Counted from the stretch's first letter, positions 8,927 through 16,559 are shown. The stretch: DNA of 24,000 nt from Sporomusaceae bacterium FL31 (GCA_003990955.1 BIFV01000008.1:93066-117065); one strand, 5' to 3'. The notes: generated from the letters alone by a model not told the origin. Made by a program: numbers and translations.

Positions 8927-10050
8927 AGGGAGTCACCGCCAACTCTTACCTTTTGCCCTTCGTTGAGTTTATGTACTCCAGCGGTTACAATACGCTCACC
9001 TTGCTGCAAGCCTTCAAGAATCTGAATAGTTCCATCACCAAACTTGCCGGTTTTGACAAATCGTAAAGTAATGGTATCACCTAAAACTACCCAAACAGCC
9101 GGGGAATCGCCTTTTTGGTAAATGGCTGAAAGCGGAATCGTGATAGCTTGCTGTCCATTGTCGCCAATTAATGTTACAGCAGCGGTCATCCCTAGTTTTA
9201 TTTCAGGCGGCGGATTGATTAAACTAATCCGAACCTTAAAGGTGCGGGTGGTTTGGTCAGCCATTGGTGCGATTTCTCTCACCGTGCCTTGAACGATTAG
9301 ATTGGATAATGCCCAAAAAGCTACTTTCACTTCTTTAGCCTTACGCAGTTCTTCAATGCGATTTTCTGGTACACTGATTTCCACTTCGCGCTCACCGTCC
9401 TGGACTACCGTTACAACGGGTTGCCCTGAGCTGACAATTTGCCCCATTTCGGCTGAAATGCTGGCTACAACACCAGGCTTATCAGCCCGCAGCAGACTGT
9501 AATCCAGCTGATTGGCACCTTGAGAATATTGAGCCTGAGCCTGCCGGACCCCGGCAACGGCTACATTGTAAACATTCAAATATTGGTCATATTGAGAACG
9601 GCTGATAGCGCCGCTTTCCACCAATTCACGATAACGCTTAAGATTACTTTCTGCTAATTGCAGCTGCGATTCAGCCGAATACACCTGGGCGGAATTGCTG
9701 TTTACCGTTTGTACGATATCCTTGGCGTCAATTTGCATGAGCACATCACCAGTATTGACGACACTGCCCAATTGGACATTTCTTTTTGTAATTTTCCCAT
9801 TGACCTGAAAGGCGAGTTGGCTTTCATAGCGACCGCGTACTTCTCCTGAATAGGTATAGCCTTGCGCTGTTCCTGTACTGCCAATAACAGCGGTGCGTAC
9901 GATTGTACTTTCTTCAGTTACCGGTTTAACACTGGTATGTTTTGCCCAAAAAATGCTGCCTCCAATAACACATAAGCCAACACCTGCTGCAAGTAATCCG
10001 TAAACCAGTTTCTGCCTGGGCCATTTAGTAAAAAAATCAAACTGTATCAT
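8923..10050 (-). CDS. RND efflux periplasmic adaptor (membrane fusion protein, HlyD/AcrA-like)
   Basis: 375 aa. N-terminal TM segment, YSGEVRGRYESQLAFQVNGKITKRNVQLGSVVNTGDVLMQIDAKD (lipoyl/hairpin), and C-terminal AVWVVLGDTITLRFVKTGKFGDGTIQILEGLQQGERIVTAGVHKLNEGQKV. ATGA overlap with the upstream small ORF. Confidence 0.95.
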   Translation of the reverse strand: MIQFDFFTKWPRQKLVYGLLAAGVGLCVIGGSIFWAKHTSVKPVTEESTIVRTAVIGSTGTAQGYTYSGEVRGRYESQLAFQVNGKITKRNVQLGSVVNTGDVLMQIDAKDIVQTVNSNSAQVYSAESQLQLAESNLKRYRELVESGAISRSQYDQYLNVYNVAVAGVRQAQAQYSQGANQLDYSLLRADKPGVVASISAEMGQIVSSGQPVVTVVQDGEREVEISVPENRIEELRKAKEVKVAFWALSNLIVQGTVREIAPMADQTTRTFKVRISLINPPPEIKLGMTAAVTLIGDNGQQAITIPLSAIYQKGDSPAVWVVLGDTITLRFVKTGKFGDGTIQILEGLQQGERIVTAGVHKLNEGQKVRVGGDSL

Positions 10051-10280
10051 TGCTCTTCTCCTTCACTTTCGCAGAAATTCAAAGGTATACACTGCAAAAC
10101 CGGTTTCTCGTATGCCAAGAGATGAATCATCCGGCCGGCACAGCGGATTTCGATTCTCCCGACCTGTCTGCCTTCCCAAGTCCAGGCCTGTTTCAACTCG
10201 GATACAAGGTGAAAAACTTGCTCCTGTGACAGCAAGGAATCTGCCACAACAGGAATTCCTTGAACAATAGTCGTACACAC
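10047..10280 (-). CDS. hypothetical small protein (77 aa), first gene of the RND operon
   Basis: ORF track gives 10047..10295, but GGAGGAG lies inside that 5' end and is 5 nt upstream of GTG at 10280, so the start is probably GTG: (V/M)CTTIVQGIPVVADSLLSQEQVFHLVSELKQAWTWEGRQVGRIEIRCAGRMIHLLAYEKPVLQCIPLNFCESEGEEQ. Translational coupling (ATGA) to the adaptor. Confidence 0.75.
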   Translation of the reverse strand: MCTTIVQGIPVVADSLLSQEQVFHLVSELKQAWTWEGRQVGRIEIRCAGRMIHLLAYEKPVLQCIPLNFCESEGEEQ

Positions 10281-10342
10281 TGGTTCTCCTCCCATCTGAT
10301 AAATTACAGGTACTCAAATACCAGCTCTAAAAATCTTCTTAA

Positions 10343-10364
10343 TTAATTGACTCAATTCAATTAA
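10343..10364. promoter_or_regulatory. putative TetR operator, copy 1 (RND operon side)
   Basis: TTAATTGACTCAATTCAATTAA: 8-bp perfect inverted arms TTAATTGA...TCAATTAA. The core is shared with the tetR upstream region (11060..11081). Confidence 0.7.
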
Positions 10365-10369
10365 TTAGC

Positions 10370-10408
10370 AAAAAAAGCGCTCCTTCAGATTTCTGAAAAG
10401 CGTTTTTT
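10370..10408 (-). terminator. putative rho-independent terminator of tetR (10414..11046)
   Basis: Minus strand AAAAAACGCTTTTCAG-AAAT-CTGAAGGAGCGCTTTTTTT. The stem has two G-U pairs and one bulge and is followed by a T-run, just after the tetR stop. Confidence 0.65.
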
Positions 10409-10413
10409 GTTTG

Positions 10414-11046
10414 TTAGTACAATTCGTTGTTGATAAGAAGCTCAATGGTATCCGGCTCCGCGCCTAAGGCAGTTTCAATAAGCTTTTCGGCCATTTTAAA
10501 TTGGTAATGAAGGATTTCTGCAGGCACTCGTTCGTAAATAGCATTTATTAAAGAATCAAGAATGGCTAGAATAATATTGACTGCGGCTTGTGGATGAGCC
10601 GCATGATAATAGTGTTCGCGATTTCCTTCTTCAATAATTTCCAACAATAATGGTGCCAATAACCGGTCACCTTGCCGCGCTAACTTATCTAAGAAATGGA
10701 TGGTTCCATCATTATAAAGGAATTCGAATGCCAAGCCATCCTCATGAAACAACGATTGTAATAAGGTTTGTATAACAACCTGGAGTTTATTGCATAAAGG
10801 AATTTCATTAGAATGAATCATTCTTTGCGCTTTCGCTATAAAATTACTCAGTTCTCGATTAATTAACGCCTCTAAAATTTCCTCTTTGGACTTAAAGTAA
10901 TAATAAATCGTCCCCTGAGCAACTCCCATCTTTTTCGCGATATCACTAATAGCCGTTTCATAATACCCTTTTAAATAAAACAGTGGTTCAGCAGCATTTA
11001 AAATTTCAGTAATCCGTATTTGGGGATCTTGTGGCGGCCTGGCCAT
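10414..11046 (-). CDS. TetR/AcrR family transcriptional regulator
   Basis: ORF track 10414..11055. ATG at 11046 is preferred, since GAGGTGA lies just upstream: MARPPQDPQIRITEILNAAEPLFYLKGYYETAISDIAKKMGVAQGTIYYYFKSKEEILEALI is a classic TetR HTH. Confidence 0.93.
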   Translation of the reverse strand: MARPPQDPQIRITEILNAAEPLFYLKGYYETAISDIAKKMGVAQGTIYYYFKSKEEILEALINRELSNFIAKAQRMIHSNEIPLCNKLQVVIQTLLQSLFHEDGLAFEFLYNDGTIHFLDKLARQGDRLLAPLLLEIIEEGNREHYYHAAHPQAAVNIILAILDSLINAIYERVPAEILHYQFKMAEKLIETALGAEPDTIELLINNELY

Positions 11047-11059
11047 GTTTATCACCTCA

Positions 11060-11081
11060 TTAATTGACTCGATTCAAATTA
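11060..11081. promoter_or_regulatory. putative TetR operator, copy 2 (autoregulatory)
   Basis: TTAATTGACTCGATTCAAATTA. The core TTGACTCGATTCAA is palindromic at 12/14 positions. It lies between the -10 and the ribosome-binding site of tetR. Confidence 0.7.
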
Positions 11082-11107
11082 TATAATACCGCCTTGAAAA
11101 TCGTCAA
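11078..11107 (-). promoter_or_regulatory. putative sigma-A-type promoter of tetR
   Basis: Minus strand TTGACG (11107..11102), 18-nt spacer, TATAAT (11083..11078). Confidence 0.7.
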
Positions 11108-11179
11108 CAATTATTTTCCATTCCTTTACAATATTTAAACTAACCTCTGATTTGCTGTAAAGTAAAATTAATAAACATC

Positions 11180-11208
11180 TTTACTGCACCGTCTGGACGG
11201 TATATAAT
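11180..11208 (+). promoter_or_regulatory. putative promoter with embedded palindromic operator for the tetR-SMR pair
   Basis: TTTACT (11180..11185), 17-nt spacer, TATAAT (11203..11208). The spacer contains ACCGTC-TG-GACGGT (11188..11201). Confidence 0.72.
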
Positions 11209-11234
11209 AAATTTAAACACCCAGGAGGTAAACC

Positions 11235-11795
11235 ATGAAAAATTGCCACTCTAATGAAACCATTGATACAAAACAAAAAATACTGCAGGCTGCTGCTCAA
11301 GTGATTCATACAAGCGGCGTACTGGCATTAACCTTAGAAGCCGTTGCAAAAGAAGCCCAGATCAGCAAGGGTGGCTTGCTGTACCACTTTCCCAGTAAAG
11401 ATGCCTTGTTGCAAGGTATGAATGACTATTTATTGCATGGCTTTATTGCTGAAGTCGAAAATTATGCCAGCCAAGATCCTAGTGAAAAAGGGAAATGGAC
11501 CAGAGCCTATGCCGAAGCAACCTTCAGCCAACCAGACAGTGAGCTTGCTATGAATGTCGCATTTTTGGCTGCGGCTGCAACAAACACTGAACTATTAAAG
11601 GCAATGGCGAAACATCTACAAGTACTGCAAACGCGAATTGAGAATGACCAGCTTGACCCCATTGTTTCGACAGTCATCAGACTGGCCGTTGATGGGTTGT
11701 ACTTCAATCAGTTGTATGGGATGAACCTGAGAAAAGATGCTCATGAGAAGGTTCTAAACTATTTAATTTCATTAACGAAGGAGAACTTACAATGA
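11235..11795 (+). CDS. TetR/AcrR family transcriptional regulator
   Basis: 186 aa: DTKQKILQAAAQVIHTSGVLALTLEAVAKEAQISKGGLLYHFPSKDALLQGM, a TetR HTH with the GGLLYHFPSK variant. AGGAGGTAAACC precedes the ATG. Confidence 0.93.
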   Translation: MKNCHSNETIDTKQKILQAAAQVIHTSGVLALTLEAVAKEAQISKGGLLYHFPSKDALLQGMNDYLLHGFIAEVENYASQDPSEKGKWTRAYAEATFSQPDSELAMNVAFLAAAATNTELLKAMAKHLQVLQTRIENDQLDPIVSTVIRLAVDGLYFNQLYGMNLRKDAHEKVLNYLISLTKENLQ

Positions 11796-12118
11796 GTGGA
11801 TATGTCTTGTTAGGGATAGCCATTGCCTTCGAAGTATTTTCCACGTCTATGCTGAAAGCCTCCGCAGGCTTTTCAAAACTTCTCCCCAGCCTTGCGTTTA
11901 TTGTCGGAATGGGAACTTCCTTTTATACCATTTCCCAAGCCATGAATTCTATTCCATTAAACATCGCCTATGCCATCTGGTCAGGATTAGGAACGGTTTT
12001 GACGGCATTGATCGCCGTTTTTATTTGGAAAGAGCCTGTAAACCTGTATACCGGCGTAGGAATAGCCTTCATCATCACCGGCGTAGTGCTGCTTAACTTG
12101 AAAGGTCCGGGGCATTAA
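11792..12118 (+). CDS. SMR-family multidrug efflux protein (EmrE/QacC-like)
   Basis: 108 aa, 4 TM segments. YVLLGIAIAFEVFSTSMLKASAGF (conserved membrane Glu), PLNIAYAIWSGLGTVLTALI, GIAFIITGVVLLNL. ATGA overlap with the upstream tetR. Confidence 0.95.
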   Translation: MSGYVLLGIAIAFEVFSTSMLKASAGFSKLLPSLAFIVGMGTSFYTISQAMNSIPLNIAYAIWSGLGTVLTALIAVFIWKEPVNLYTGVGIAFIITGVVLLNLKGPGH

Positions 12119-12142
12119 TCCGAACCGTCAATAAGCTAGGAG

Positions 12143-12172
12143 GCTCCACAGCGCTTAAAAGCTTTGTGGAGC
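12143..12172. terminator. hairpin between convergent SMR and DUF169 genes, possible terminator
   Basis: GCTCCACA (12143..12150) / TGTGGAGC (12165..12172), 8-bp perfect arms. No good T-run on either side. Confidence 0.4.
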
Positions 12173-12191
12173 TTCTGCGATGATGTCATTC

Positions 12192-12911
12192 TTATCCTTG
12201 ATCGTGCCGAATGCGGTTCACTACCCTGCTCCATTCAGGCTTGTCAAGAAAACTGCCAGCTATATTGTCCTCCATTTCTTTAAACATGGCATATGGTACA
12301 CTAAATGACAGCAAATCAGCATCAATACAGGGGCGTGCCGAAACATCCAGCATACCGATAACCGCTCGCGGTTGTTCCTGGTGCGCTTCGTTCCAAGGCA
12401 GCAGACAAACAGTCTGGCAGCCTGACGCGAAGGGTACGATCACATTATTAAGACCCGTGCGTCCATAATTGGCTAAAACAACAAGCCCGGTTAATTGATC
12501 GGGATTAGCGTAAAACACCACGACCTTTGGTTCTTCTTTAGCTGCATCAATCTCTGCCAGCGGTGTAAATAACACGTATTGTTCAGGTATACTCGTAAGA
12601 GGAATAGAATCCATAAAATTCTTCGCCAGTTCAGGTGTCTTTTTAAAAGCCTCATTTCCTGTAGACAGAAAAAGCTCAGTCCCCTCCGAGTACTGATCCA
12701 CCAAGCCTAATCCGACTCCCCCTCCCTCACAGCCAAAAGTAGTACGGCTAAAAACAGCGCTGCGCCCCTTGGCAGCTGCAGTTAGCAGGGCTGTAACACA
12801 CCCCCATTTCCCTTCGGCAAATTCCAGTGCACCTGGAGGTCTCTCGTTTGTAAATAGAATGCCTATCGGAGAATATCTGAGTTTCAGTCTTTGTGCAATT
12901 TCACTCTGCAT
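12192..12911 (-). CDS. DUF169-family protein
   Basis: ~239 aa: MQSEIAQRLKLRYSPIGILFTNERPPGALEFAEGKWGCVTALLTAAAKGRSAVFSRTTFGCEGGGVGLG..., C-terminal ...PFASGCQTVCLLPWNEAHQEQPRAVIGMLDVSARPCIDADLLSFSVPYAMFKEMEDN..., matching my memory of DUF169 proteins. ORF track start is 12914. Confidence 0.8.
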   Translation of the reverse strand: MQSEIAQRLKLRYSPIGILFTNERPPGALEFAEGKWGCVTALLTAAAKGRSAVFSRTTFGCEGGGVGLGLVDQYSEGTELFLSTGNEAFKKTPELAKNFMDSIPLTSIPEQYVLFTPLAEIDAAKEEPKVVVFYANPDQLTGLVVLANYGRTGLNNVIVPFASGCQTVCLLPWNEAHQEQPRAVIGMLDVSARPCIDADLLSFSVPYAMFKEMEDNIAGSFLDKPEWSRVVNRIRHDQG

Positions 12912-13059
12912 CACGAATTGCCTCCTCTTATGCTAAATTACTACCAGTATACTCCGCACAACTAACATGGTGGAAATGCTTTATTGGTCTAACGGTATTA
13001 CAAAAAAGCATAATAGGGCAGCAATTGATCACAGGAACACTGATAGGGAGGAAGAAAAA

Positions 13060-13965
13060 ATGGACATTAAGCAATTGCGATATTTTATGGCTACCGCAAA
13101 ACATCTAAACTTTACAGAGGCAGCCAAGCATCTATTCATCGCGCAACCAGCTTTAAGCAGGCAAATCGCTGATTTAGAAGCTTGCCTGAATGTACAACTA
13201 TTTATCCGCAACAAGCGTGGTCTTCAACTAACCGCTGCTGGTGCAGAATTATTGAGCGAAGCCCACGCAATTATCGCAAAGTCAGAAGAAGCCGTTCGCA
13301 AAGTCAAATTAGTAGCTTCCGGCGTGAAGGGTAGTTTGAAAGTCGGTTATTTAGGTACCTCGGAGCGAAAATTTCTTCCACAACTACTCCGTACGTTCTG
13401 CAAGAAGAATCCTCATATTGGACTATCGGTTAACCAGTCTAATTGGGCAACTTTGAGTGACGCCTTAGATACAGGGGAACTAGATGTAGCATTTACCCTT
13501 ACTTTTGGACTTGAGGCTATTCCTGCTCTTTGCTGCGAAACCGTCTATACTGAATTTCTGTCTTTAGTCGTTTCTGACCAGCATCCGCTTGCTCATGAGA
13601 GCAAGGTAAAGCTAACCGCTTTAACAAAGGAATCGTTTATCCTAATCGCTCGCTCCGAATCACCTCACCTCTTTGATCATCTTCTAAGGATATTTGCTAC
13701 CGAAGGTTTTTACCCAAACATTATCAGTCAACATGCTCTAGTCGAAACAGTGTTGATGCTGGTAGAAGCCGGCCTCGGTGTTACCCTTCTTTCACGTCAC
13801 GTAAAAAACTACGCCTCACCATCGCTCCGGTTCGTTGATATAGACCACAGCAACGCCAGTGTTGATCTTGTCATGGTATGGAAAGCCACTAATACCAATC
13901 CCTGTATTCCTCTATTTCTTTCTGAATTGAAAGATTCACTGCAATCTTCTAATATAAACGTATAG
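13060..13965 (+). CDS. LysR-family transcriptional regulator
   Basis: The track ORF begins at 12967, but GGGAGGA precedes ATG at 13060: MDIKQLRYFMATAKHLNFTEAAKHLFIAQPALSRQIADLEACLNVQLFIRNKRGLQLTAAGAELL (LysR wHTH) plus substrate-binding domain. Confidence 0.96.
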   Translation: MDIKQLRYFMATAKHLNFTEAAKHLFIAQPALSRQIADLEACLNVQLFIRNKRGLQLTAAGAELLSEAHAIIAKSEEAVRKVKLVASGVKGSLKVGYLGTSERKFLPQLLRTFCKKNPHIGLSVNQSNWATLSDALDTGELDVAFTLTFGLEAIPALCCETVYTEFLSLVVSDQHPLAHESKVKLTALTKESFILIARSESPHLFDHLLRIFATEGFYPNIISQHALVETVLMLVEAGLGVTLLSRHVKNYASPSLRFVDIDHSNASVDLVMVWKATNTNPCIPLFLSELKDSLQSSNINV

Positions 13966-13975
13966 GTGGCTGTAA

Positions 13976-14026
13976 AAAGCAATAAACCAAGACTTGAAAG
14001 ATCATCAGGTCTTGGTTTATTGCTTT
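13976..14026. terminator. bidirectional terminator between convergent lysR and outer-membrane protein genes
   Basis: AAAGCAATAAACCAAGAC ... GTCTTGGTTTATTGCTTT: 18-nt perfect inverted arms around a 15-nt loop. Confidence 0.85.
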
Positions 14027-14034
14027 CCAATCGA

Positions 14035-14628
14035 TTAAATTTTATAAGTAAATCCAATCCCAAAGCCACGGAAGTCTTCTTGTAAATTTCTAGAATCTAT
14101 GTTTCTAAATTCAAGATGACGATAGGTAGCCGTTAATTCGAGGTTCTTTTGTATTTGATATGAAAGCCCAAATTCTATATTGGCCGAATGATCACTGCCC
14201 CCCAAATTGCCGAATAATAGGGTACCATGGCCTACACTTTTCATGCCAATAATACCGCCTTGCACCAAATTCTTTTGGGGCAGCTCATGTCCGGAAATCA
14301 TCTCATGCCCCTTGGTAAGTGAGTACCCGGCATAAAGTTGAATACTAGGATTCATTTTATAAATCAGATTGAGTTCTTTATTATTTGTATAAAGTTTGCT
14401 ACCCTCATAGGCGGGGTTGAAACTAATTTGACGATAATTCAACGCCCAACGGTCATTTAAACCGGCTGTTCCGCTAAATTCCCAATTATTCTTGCCTCCT
14501 CTGAAAGAATCTGGCTTCCAGTTTACATCAAGCGCCATATGTCCAGGAGAAAAATCCTGCAAAGGGCTGGCATAGCCGCCTTGACAATAAAGCAGCAATG
14601 TCAATACGAGTAGCATTCTTTTCCACAT
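14035..14628 (-). CDS. small outer-membrane beta-barrel protein, family not assigned
   Basis: MWKRMLLVLTLLLYCQGGYASPLQDFSPGHMALDVNWKPDSF..., a signal peptide followed by alternating amphipathic strands (WEFSGTAGLNDRWALNYRQ, NKELNLIYKMNPSIQLYAGYSL, IEFGLSYQIQKNLELTATYRHLEF, GFGIGFTYKI) ending in an aromatic/Ile-rich last strand. The track start is 14646; AAAGGA supports the ATG at 14628. Confidence 0.7.
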   Translation of the reverse strand: MWKRMLLVLTLLLYCQGGYASPLQDFSPGHMALDVNWKPDSFRGGKNNWEFSGTAGLNDRWALNYRQISFNPAYEGSKLYTNNKELNLIYKMNPSIQLYAGYSLTKGHEMISGHELPQKNLVQGGIIGMKSVGHGTLLFGNLGGSDHSANIEFGLSYQIQKNLELTATYRHLEFRNIDSRNLQEDFRGFGIGFTYKI

Positions 14629-14951
14629 AAAAATCATTCCTTTCACTCAGTAAAATTTTTTTAAGCATCAATAAATACTTAAAAAAATTAAACGATGTTA
14701 CTTTAAATCTTTTTATTTATATTATGGAAAATAATACCAAAATATACTGTAATAATAAAACGTACTTGGCAGAATTTGTAGCATTTAATAAATAAGGCTT
14801 GCTAGCCATAACCTATTAACTTATTCTTATGTTTGGAGAAAAAGTATAATTAACCTCGAATCTTCCACGGATAAAACTTAGTAAGTCGCCGTAAGCTATG
14901 TAATAAGATGTGAACAACAGTCTACAACACCTATAAATCGGAGGAGATAAC

Positions 14952-15101
14952 ATGACCAAGCCCGAAGCTTACCCTGTCGATTTACCAAATGAACCTAAGC
15001 ATACAAAAAATCATGAGCATCATATGCCTGAGCCACTTTCAGGATCTAAGAAAGTAAAAAATCATAACCACACTGGCGAGCGCCACGGAGAAGGATCCTA
15101 G
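14952..15101 (+). CDS. 49-aa His/Lys-rich small protein, not in ORF track
   Basis: GGAGGAGATAAC-ATG. Translation: MTKPEAYPVDLPNEPKHTKNHEHHMPEPLSGSKKVKNHNHTGERHGEGS*. It is followed immediately by a strong hairpin (15115..15148). Confidence 0.7.
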   Translation: MTKPEAYPVDLPNEPKHTKNHEHHMPEPLSGSKKVKNHNHTGERHGEGS

Positions 15102-15114
15102 TCATTACAACAAA

Positions 15115-15148
15115 TGCCCTACAGTTCTTGAAATTGAACTGTAGGGCA
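15115..15148. terminator. rho-independent-type hairpin downstream of the 49-aa ORF
   Basis: TGCCCTACAGTTC-TTGAAATT-GAACTGTAGGGCA: 13-bp perfect arms between convergent genes. Confidence 0.7.
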
Positions 15149-15169
15149 CAATTATTCATTTCTTGGTTT

Positions 15170-15496
15170 TTAATTGCTTTCTTTTCCACCATTTAAAGCT
15201 TTTTGCAGCATTGCCGCGGCAGCCTGAACAACCTTCTTGGTTTTTCCGCCAATGATAATATGGTATTCGGGTTTCCACCAGGATCCGCCAACCTTACCAA
15301 AAATAATGTTAGTCTGCGGATATGTTTCTGCTACTTTTTTCACGCTACTGGAAATATGTGATTTAAATAGAAAAAGAATCGATAATGACAGTTCGCTGCG
15401 AACGGGGTTCTGGACACGATAGATCCGATTGTCATCTTTAATGAGTGGCTTATCATTAATCTGAAATTGTTTTTCTTGCTTATGTTGATGTTGCAC
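15170..15496 (-). CDS. hypothetical protein (108 aa)
   Basis: GTG start preceded by AAGGGGGG. MQHQHKQEKQFQINDKPLIKDDNRIYRVQNPVRSELSLSILFLFKSHISSSVKKVAETYPQTNIIFGKVGGSWWKPEYHIIIGGKTKKVVQAAAAMLQKALNGGKESN. No family recognised. Confidence 0.6.
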   Translation of the reverse strand: MQHQHKQEKQFQINDKPLIKDDNRIYRVQNPVRSELSLSILFLFKSHISSSVKKVAETYPQTNIIFGKVGGSWWKPEYHIIIGGKTKKVVQAAAAMLQKALNGGKESN

Positions 15497-15589
15497 GTTT
15501 GTCCCCCCTTTTATTATATTTTGATTTTATCAGGAATGACCATGAAAACATATACCCAATTTCAGTAAAATTTTCTATGAAAAGAAAAT

Positions 15590-15647
15590 GACAAGGGAAC
15601 GTCCTTTTCTCTGCCAACCTTCGACAAAATAGGATCGTCCTCTTGTC
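15590..15647. repeat. imperfect inverted repeat (REP-like element and/or terminator of the ECF S gene)
   Basis: GACAAGGGAACGTCCTTTT (15590..) versus AAAATAGGATCGTCCTCTTGTC (..15647). Outer 12-nt arms match at 10/12 positions. Minus-strand T-rich tail (CATTTTCTTTTC). Confidence 0.5.
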
Positions 15648-15677
15648 TACCTAATTATACCGGTAACAGTCTCTTTG

Positions 15678-16211
15678 TTATTTGCGGCCTTCTGCCCAGG
15701 AAAAAACAGTCACATGCTTTCTCAATTTAGTTGCGACAGGCAATACGATTGCTGACGCTAAGCCGATCTGCACAAGATTACCGGGAATCGACGCCATCGG
15801 TGCCAGCCAATTGCCGTAAATAATCCCTTCAGCACCATAATACCCAACCACCTTAATGAGACAGGCCGCTGCCAAAGCTAGAACATAAGCCGTCAAGGTC
15901 CGGTTTTTCTCGCAAATAGCGCCAACTGTATATCCCATAAGGCCGACAATGACCAGCGTAAAGGGAGCCCATAAAAACCAGCCGCCCACTACATCAAAAA
16001 GAGCCATCCCGATTCCTCCCGCCAGCGCACCAAACCGGCGTCCGTAAAGAATGGCAATAATAAAGAGGGGTACATTTCCCAAATGAATTAAACCGCCATT
16101 AGCAGCAATGGGAAGACGAACATTTACAAATACTGTACAAATAAAGACGAGGGCAATGCCCAATGCAGCTAAAACCAGTTGTTTTGTTTTGCTTAAGGAT
16201 TGTTGTTCCAT
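15678..16211 (-). CDS. ECF transporter S component (substrate not assigned)
   Basis: 177 aa: KTKQLVLAALGIALVFICTVFVNVRLPIAANGGLIHLGNVPLFIIAILYGRRFGALAGGIGMALFDVVGGWFLWAPFTLVIVGLMGYTVG..., a typical ECF S subunit with N-terminal Ala-rich helix and HLGN...G.ls..fG motif. Confidence 0.85.
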   Translation of the reverse strand: MEQQSLSKTKQLVLAALGIALVFICTVFVNVRLPIAANGGLIHLGNVPLFIIAILYGRRFGALAGGIGMALFDVVGGWFLWAPFTLVIVGLMGYTVGAICEKNRTLTAYVLALAAACLIKVVGYYGAEGIIYGNWLAPMASIPGNLVQIGLASAIVLPVATKLRKHVTVFSWAEGRK

Positions 16212-16559
16212 ACCTTTCTCCTACTTTCTAAAATTTTGGTTTTAGTATCGTCAGAGTAATCCCTTTACCTGAAGGCGAAAAGAATGCCTACCCTTAGTCA
16301 ATACCAATCACCATAATGACAACTTTTATTATAAATAATATCTAAGATATCATAAGAATTAATTTGATGCAACTACCACGATACAAATGTTCTTTTTACA
16401 TACTAAACATGATAGGATACTATGCTACTCCGTAAGTAATCTCCTTGCAAAAGTTTTGACATCCAAGCTCTTAGTATGAAAGATTGCAATTTAGCATTGA
16501 GCACGCCTGGCCATACTATATGCATGATGACCACCCACTATCTTTCTGGAAAGTATACT

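Noticed and set aside
10063-10317. Minus-strand ORF MSTCNLSDGRRTSVYDYCSRNS...
   Set aside because: Overlaps the better-supported 10047..10280 frame, which has the RBS and coupling to the adaptor gene. Composition is unnatural.
12967-13059. N-terminal extension of the LysR ORF (MVEMLYWSNGITKKHNRAAIDHRNTDREEEK)
   Set aside because: GGGAGGA places the real start at 13060 (MDIKQL...), the canonical LysR N-terminus. The extension spans the promoter region.
16212-16400. Possible riboswitch upstream of the ECF S gene
   Set aside because: I looked for TPP, FMN (RFN), preQ1, cobalamin and THF-like conserved cores in the leader and recognised none. An Infernal/Rfam scan would be needed for a firm answer.
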